Assembly (NCBI GenBank): GCA_001792345.1
Contig: MGGJ01000013.1
Location: 21,371 to 85,370 of the forward strand
DNA from: Candidatus Woesebacteria bacterium RIFCSPHIGHO2_01_FULL_39_32
GTDB lineage: Bacteria; Patescibacteriota; Microgenomatia; UBA8517
Length of the DNA stretch: 64,000 nt
Reading direction: 5' to 3'
Each line of letters opens with the position of its first letter. Position 1 is the first letter of the stretch. Made by a program: the position numbers and the translations under genes. Below are positions 58,938 through 64,000 of this stretch, piece after piece. The notes beneath the pieces are model-generated. The model saw nothing but the letters and a program-made list of their open reading frames with translations, ran no database searches and was not told where the DNA came from.

Positions 58938-58973
58938 ATACATTTTCTTAATCCCCTCGCCAACCTAATTCAT

Positions 58974-59879
58974 ATGTATATCGATGACGAAAATAGATTT
59001 GAATATTTTTCTAGATGGGATAGAGATGAGGCTGCAAAAAAGGCCGATAATTTCTATAGTTTTATAAAATCTGTCTCCGTTGCTCCGCCCGAAAGACCAA
59101 TAAGAATAAAAGAACTGATACAATATACTGCACTGGGAATAGGAACTCCATTAATCATTAATTGGATCTGTCCAGTAGGAACTCCTTTAGAATTCGACTC
59201 AGAAACAAATAAACTATATAGAAGATATGCGCCAATAGATCCAGTCGAGGGATTCCAAAAAGATTATAGAATTATATCTAGAATTGGCCTTGAAAAAAGG
59301 CTGACAGAAATGATTGGGCAAATCCAATCTTCATTAGAATATGTAAAAATTGTTGCCGACAATAACCCATACTGCTTATATCCAGCCTGTCTTAGACTAG
59401 ACGGAGAGATAGACACAAGAAATGCTATAGAAACATATACAGGTTACGTACAAACTAAACTTGACGAGCTTATAGGATCCAAAAAAGTGGCGGTACTAAC
59501 ACTCTCCTCTCTTCTGGGCCAGCAGGGTTTTGAAGAATTTATGAATCTTTTCAAAGAAACTCAGGTGGACGATTTACTCCCCTTTCTACCAAATGATGTA
59601 TTAAAAACAGAAGTAGATATAATATCAAAGCATACCAAATTAGACCCATTATTAGAACCCAAGTTGGAATCTTTAGCAACTGATGTTATAAGACAATATG
59701 CGGTGGAAGGATTCTATTTATACAAAATGTTCGGAGATTCTGTAATTCTTGCTTGGAATGAGTCCACAAGAAGAAGCCAAATCATAGATTCTTTAAGAAA
59801 AGCTAGAGGAATTCCTCCCCTACCCAAAATATTTGTCTTGCACGAAAAAGGGAAAGGGCTAATTATTGACAATTATTAA
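58974..59879 (+). CDS. hypothetical protein, paralog A of a two-gene tandem pair
   Basis: 301 aa. Shares INWICPVGTPLEFD and YAVEGFYL...LAWNESTRRSQ with the next gene. Confidence 0.4.
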   Translation: MYIDDENRFEYFSRWDRDEAAKKADNFYSFIKSVSVAPPERPIRIKELIQYTALGIGTPLIINWICPVGTPLEFDSETNKLYRRYAPIDPVEGFQKDYRIISRIGLEKRLTEMIGQIQSSLEYVKIVADNNPYCLYPACLRLDGEIDTRNAIETYTGYVQTKLDELIGSKKVAVLTLSSLLGQQGFEEFMNLFKETQVDDLLPFLPNDVLKTEVDIISKHTKLDPLLEPKLESLATDVIRQYAVEGFYLYKMFGDSVILAWNESTRRSQIIDSLRKARGIPPLPKIFVLHEKGKGLIIDNY

Positions 59880-60712
59880 TGAATAAAAAAATTTTAAATA
59901 AAATTAAAGACAAATTCACTTACTCTCCACAAAACTGGAGCAAGCTAGCAAATTTATGGGAATACAACGAACCCATATCTTTCTACAGTTGGGAATGTCC
60001 TCCAAGGCAAATTCGGGAGGACAAAAAGTACGGAAGGTGGGTCAATTTTGACGTTGATATAAAGTCGGTTGTTGGGGGTAAAAAATTAGATAAGTTTACC
60101 GAACTTCCCAGGCTAACCTCTCAATGGAGGAAAGAAAAGTGGTTTTCAGAAAACATTATCCAAAAAAACTCCGAAGCAACATATACCAAGCTCATCGCCA
60201 ATACCAATGGATTATATCTTTACCCCAAATCTAAAAAGATATTGGGTGAAGAAAAAATAAAGTCTTTATCGAAAAAATTTAAAAAAATATTAGAAAAAAG
60301 GGCAAAAAAATTGTTGGGCAAAAACTCTCCCAAAATTGTTCTATATACCGAACTTCAAAATATTTTTAAAGTTGAATATGAAATGTTTTTTAAACTCGTC
60401 TATAGGTATCTCAGCAATAAAGAAAACGCAATCATCCCGAAAAGTATCATTGACTATTGGACGGATAGAATGATAAGCCACGTTGGCTTGACAAAGCAAG
60501 ACGAGAAAGAAAAGTTAATTATTTTAAAAAGAGTTATAGCCTCATACGCGGCAGAAGGCATAATCTTTGCCTTACTGGACAATACCAAGATTATGCCAAA
60601 TCCTGTATGGGTAAATTGGGAAGAAAAACCTGAATCTTCACAAACGTCAGAAATACTGAGAAAAAGATACGGTCTTGATAGTATCCCCGTAATTTACTTT
60701 ACTAAATACTAA
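59879..60712 (+). CDS. hypothetical protein, paralog B
   Basis: 277 aa. YSWECPPRQIRED and YAAEGIIF...VNWEEKPESSQT. ATGA overlap with paralog A. Confidence 0.4.
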   Translation: MNKKILNKIKDKFTYSPQNWSKLANLWEYNEPISFYSWECPPRQIREDKKYGRWVNFDVDIKSVVGGKKLDKFTELPRLTSQWRKEKWFSENIIQKNSEATYTKLIANTNGLYLYPKSKKILGEEKIKSLSKKFKKILEKRAKKLLGKNSPKIVLYTELQNIFKVEYEMFFKLVYRYLSNKENAIIPKSIIDYWTDRMISHVGLTKQDEKEKLIILKRVIASYAAEGIIFALLDNTKIMPNPVWVNWEEKPESSQTSEILRKRYGLDSIPVIYFTKY

Positions 60713-60729
60713 ATGCTAATATTTAAACT

Positions 60730-61986
60730 ATGGACAAACAGATGTTGCAACCAGTCAAAGGGTTTAGGGATTTTTTGCCGAAAGAGGCTAAGAAACGCAC
60801 TTTTCTTAAAAATAAATTCAGAGAGGTGTTTGAACTTTATGGATTCGAACCTTTAGAGACCCCAGCATTAGAATATCAAGAAGTACTCCTTAATAAATAC
60901 GGCGAGGAAGCAGACAAGCTAGTATTTAAATTCGAAGACGAAGGAGGAAGGAGAGTTGCATTACGTTATGACCAAACAGTTCCCACGGCCCGAATACTTG
61001 CCATGTATCAGCAAAATCTCCCAATGCCTTGGCGCAGATATCAAATTCAATCTGCATACAGGGCTGAAAAACCCCAAAAAGGACGGTTTAGAGAATTTAC
61101 CCAGTGTGATGCCGATATATTCGGTACAACCTCTCCCCTATCCGATGCCGAAATACTCGCAGCAGGAAATACCCTACTAACCAGTTTAGGTTTTAAGGAA
61201 TTCAAAATTCTCATTAATGACCGCGATATTTTATTCCAAATCATGGAGAGCGCCGAAATTCCCGAAAATATGCAGCTGCCAGTCATTCAAACAATCGATA
61301 AATTAGACAATAAAACTCGTGGAGAGGTGGAAGAAGAATTGGCCCAGAAAGGCATCTCAATCGATAGTGTTCACCTTCTTTTTGATTCATTAGACAAGGC
61401 TCGACCAACCGATAGGCTAGAAAAAACAATGGGGTTTGCAAGGAAACTGGGAATACCCGATTTTGTATTTTCTTTTACACCACGCTTGGCCCGGGGACTT
61501 GATTATTATAATTCAACAATTTATGAGTTTGTCATTGAGGGCTACGCTGCCGGATCCGTCTGTGGTGGAGGAAGATATGACAATCTCATAAACCAGCTTT
61601 CTGGAGTTAACATTCCTTCAACCGGTTATTCCTGGGGATTTGATCGTGTTATAGAGGCAATGGAACAATTTAAACTCTTCCCGCAAGAAGATAGAAGGCA
61701 AGGGGTTTTAGTTACAGTTTTTTCGCCCGAGCAGATTGAAAGCTCAACAGCCGTAGTTAAAAACTTGCGGGAAAATAAAATTGAAGCAGAAATTTTCCCT
61801 GATGAAAATACCAAACTTGAAAAACAATTACGATATGCCGACAAAAAAGGTATAAAGTGGCTTATTGTAATTGGTCCTGAAGAAGTGGAAAAAAATACTG
61901 TTATTCTTAAGGACTTGGAAACAGGTAAACAAGCGGATGTTAAGTTGGAAGAACTGGTTCGAAAATTTAAAGACACAAATGAATAG
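60730..61986 (+). CDS. hisS: histidyl-tRNA synthetase
   Basis: Class II motifs, VKGFRDFLP, and a C-terminal anticodon-binding domain. Confidence 0.9.
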   Translation: MDKQMLQPVKGFRDFLPKEAKKRTFLKNKFREVFELYGFEPLETPALEYQEVLLNKYGEEADKLVFKFEDEGGRRVALRYDQTVPTARILAMYQQNLPMPWRRYQIQSAYRAEKPQKGRFREFTQCDADIFGTTSPLSDAEILAAGNTLLTSLGFKEFKILINDRDILFQIMESAEIPENMQLPVIQTIDKLDNKTRGEVEEELAQKGISIDSVHLLFDSLDKARPTDRLEKTMGFARKLGIPDFVFSFTPRLARGLDYYNSTIYEFVIEGYAAGSVCGGGRYDNLINQLSGVNIPSTGYSWGFDRVIEAMEQFKLFPQEDRRQGVLVTVFSPEQIESSTAVVKNLRENKIEAEIFPDENTKLEKQLRYADKKGIKWLIVIGPEEVEKNTVILKDLETGKQADVKLEELVRKFKDTNE

Positions 61987-62025
61987 TTCCCTAACTACTA
62001 ACTACTCACCGCCAACTACTAAAAT

Positions 62026-62946
62026 ATGAGTTCACATCGCCTGCGCGCTTATATCTATTTAATACTCACTGCAGCCATTTGGGGGGCAGCCGGACCAATT
62101 ATTAAATACACATTGTCAGGAATTGATCCCCTACCATTTCTCACTTACCGTTTCACGATTGCAGCCATATTTTCTTTAGGCTTTTTTCTTTTAAAAATTA
62201 AAAGAGGTAAGAAATTTCGAAAGTTAAGGGCAAATTTTCCAATCGCAGTATTTTACGGTTTACTTGCCGTTCCAATTGCTCTGGGAATTTTATTTTTTGG
62301 GCTAGACAACTCCACTGTTTTAGATTTAACACTAATCGGCATTATCGGACCCCTGATGGTAACAGCAGGGGGTTCGATATTTTTCCGAGATCGTATAACC
62401 CGTAGGGAAAAGGCTGGCATCTCAATTGTTCTTCTCGGTGTACTGTTAAATTCTTTCTCCCCACTATTCAGAAGTGGGTCTGACGTGAGACTAACGGGAA
62501 ACATTTTACTGTTACTTTTTCTTTCTGCAGACAGCGGCTCAATTCTTGTTGCAAAAAAAGCAGTCCAGAAAAAAATTGTATCGGCAAATCTTACAAACTT
62601 GGCTTTTATTGTTGGAGCCGTTACCTTAATCCCAATAGCACTATTAGCTTATGGGTTAAGTGATTTAATAAACATTATTACCACTCTTCCGCTGAAATAT
62701 CACTTAGGCGTTTGGTATATGGCACTTTTATCAGGCAACCTCGCTTATTTTCTTTATGTGAGAGGCCAGCGATCGATAGAAGTTTCGGAAGCAGTACTTT
62801 TTAATTATCTCCAACCTTTATTTATGGTTCCCTTGGCAATTTTCTGGCTTCATGAAAGCTTATCAACTTCCTTTGTCTTGGGAGGAATAATAATTGCAGT
62901 CGGCCTTGTAATTGCCGAGTCAAAAAAAAGAAGGTATAATACCTGA
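62026..62946 (+). CDS. EamA/DMT-family transporter
   Basis: Ten TM helices and two EamA repeats. Confidence 0.7.
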   Translation: MSSHRLRAYIYLILTAAIWGAAGPIIKYTLSGIDPLPFLTYRFTIAAIFSLGFFLLKIKRGKKFRKLRANFPIAVFYGLLAVPIALGILFFGLDNSTVLDLTLIGIIGPLMVTAGGSIFFRDRITRREKAGISIVLLGVLLNSFSPLFRSGSDVRLTGNILLLLFLSADSGSILVAKKAVQKKIVSANLTNLAFIVGAVTLIPIALLAYGLSDLINIITTLPLKYHLGVWYMALLSGNLAYFLYVRGQRSIEVSEAVLFNYLQPLFMVPLAIFWLHESLSTSFVLGGIIIAVGLVIAESKKRRYNT

Positions 62947-62948
62947 TT

Positions 62949-63269
62949 GTGAAAGCTAGTATTCATCCACAATGGTTTGAGGAAGCAAAGGTAAGTTGCG
63001 CTTGCGGTAATTCATTTACAGTAGGAGCAACTATACCCGAAATACAAGTTGAGGTTTGCTATAACTGTCACCCCTTCTATACAGGCCAGATGAAATATGT
63101 AGATACTGCAGGACGAGTAGATGCATTTCGTACAAAACAGTCTCAAGCCAAAGAGAAAAGAGTTACAAAAACTGAAAAAAGAAGACTAAAGCGCGAGCGC
63201 AAGATTCAGAAAGAACTTGAAAGACCAGAAACTTTGGAAGAGCTTCGAAAAACAGGAAAAAAACACTAG
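62949..63269 (+). CDS. rpmE: 50S ribosomal protein L31 with a Lys-rich C-terminal tail
   Basis: MKASIHPQW...CACGNSF...CYNCHPFYTGQ. Confidence 0.85.
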   Translation: MKASIHPQWFEEAKVSCACGNSFTVGATIPEIQVEVCYNCHPFYTGQMKYVDTAGRVDAFRTKQSQAKEKRVTKTEKRRLKRERKIQKELERPETLEELRKTGKKH

Positions 63270-63351
63270 TAGCAAGTAGATAGTAGCTTGGGAAATCTCT
63301 TGAATAAACATGCTACAAGCTACCAGCTACATTCTACTTCATTACTTAAAT

Positions 63352-64000
63352 ATGGACTCTACAAAACAAGATAACCAATATAATTCAAATTATCGATCGA
63401 TCGACCTTCCCCAAAAAGCATACATTGAAATTCGTGGAGCAACAGGGGGCGACGAAGCCAAGATCTGGGGAGTAGATCTTCTAAGAATGTATATGCGATA
63501 TGCTGCTAAAAAAGGCTGGAAGGTAACACAACTCGATGAAAAAACTGTCCTGATCTCCGGTTTAAATGCCTTTGATCTTTTGAAAAATGAATCCGGTGTC
63601 CATAGGGTCCAAAGAATCCCTATAACAGAAAAGCGAGGTAGAATTCATACTTCAACGGCAACAGTTGCTGTGTTACCGGAAATAAAAGAATCCGAAATTC
63701 AAGTTAATCCGGGAGATCTTGACTGGCAATTTTTCAGAGCTTCAACTCAGGGAGGTCAAAATGTACAAAAGGTCTCAACGGCGGTAAGGCTTATACATAA
63801 ACCTTCAGGCATAATTGTTACCGCACACGAGGAACGCTTCCAGGAAAGAAACCGCGAAATTGCACTCGATTTACTTCGTGCAAAACTCTGGGAACGCGAA
63901 GAAGAAAGAAAAATTCAAGAGATTGCAGATTACCGCTCCCCTATCGGCCGCGGCATGCGAGCTGAAAAAATCCGCACATATAACTACCCCCAAGATCGGA
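63352..64000 (+). CDS. prfA: peptide chain release factor 1 (3' end truncated by the window edge)
   Basis: PIT (PxT) tripeptide and GGQ motif. Confidence 0.8.
   Translation, partial: MDSTKQDNQYNSNYRSIDLPQKAYIEIRGATGGDEAKIWGVDLLRMYMRYAAKKGWKVTQLDEKTVLISGLNAFDLLKNESGVHRVQRIPITEKRGRIHTSTATVAVLPEIKESEIQVNPGDLDWQFFRASTQGGQNVQKVSTAVRLIHKPSGIIVTAHEERFQERNREIALDLLRAKLWEREEERKIQEIADYRSPIGRGMRAEKIRTYNYPQDR

Overview
This 64-kb window is gene-dense, moderately AT-rich, has short intergenic spacers and resembles a small-genome, Gram-positive-type bacterium, possibly Patescibacteria/CPR-like (inference). Most of it is housekeeping: recG, rpmF, nusB, acpP-rnc, rpsP, gyrB, gyrA, hppA, dnaB, efp, hisS, rpmE, prfA and yebC. 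It carries a complete type IV pilus/competence-pilus locus on the minus strand (pilB-pilT-pilC, two tandem major pilins, pilD, six minor pilin-like genes, pilX-like, pilM-N-O) with no secretin. Accessory or unusual elements are listed below.
- A + strand operon of a PLP-dependent (tyrosine-type) decarboxylase, an M20 peptidase and two tandem tyrosyl-tRNA synthetase paralogs. It is preceded by a promoter, a 13-codon leader peptide with four consecutive Tyr codons (MTTGYYYYFSPSF) and an intrinsic terminator, which makes it a candidate leader-peptide attenuator.
- A graspetide (microviridin-type RiPP) cassette: a 95-aa precursor-like ORF followed by an MdnC/MvdD-family ATP-grasp macrocyclase, flanked by an M29 aminopeptidase and efp.
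- A 926-bp ORF-free AT-rich region next to a XerC/D-type recombinase, with long-range G-rich/C-rich complementarity and three CUUCGG hairpin motifs. This is a candidate large structured RNA or recombination site.
- An intact tRNA-Leu(CAA) nested between 5' and 3' remnants of a second Leu-type tRNA.
- A tRNA-His followed by a strongly SD-led His-containing mini-ORF, a long hairpin, two paralogous unknown genes and hisS.
- Short 14-nt/heptad tandem repeats inside a minor-pilin leader and inside rluA.
No CRISPR arrays, rRNA genes or transposases were seen.
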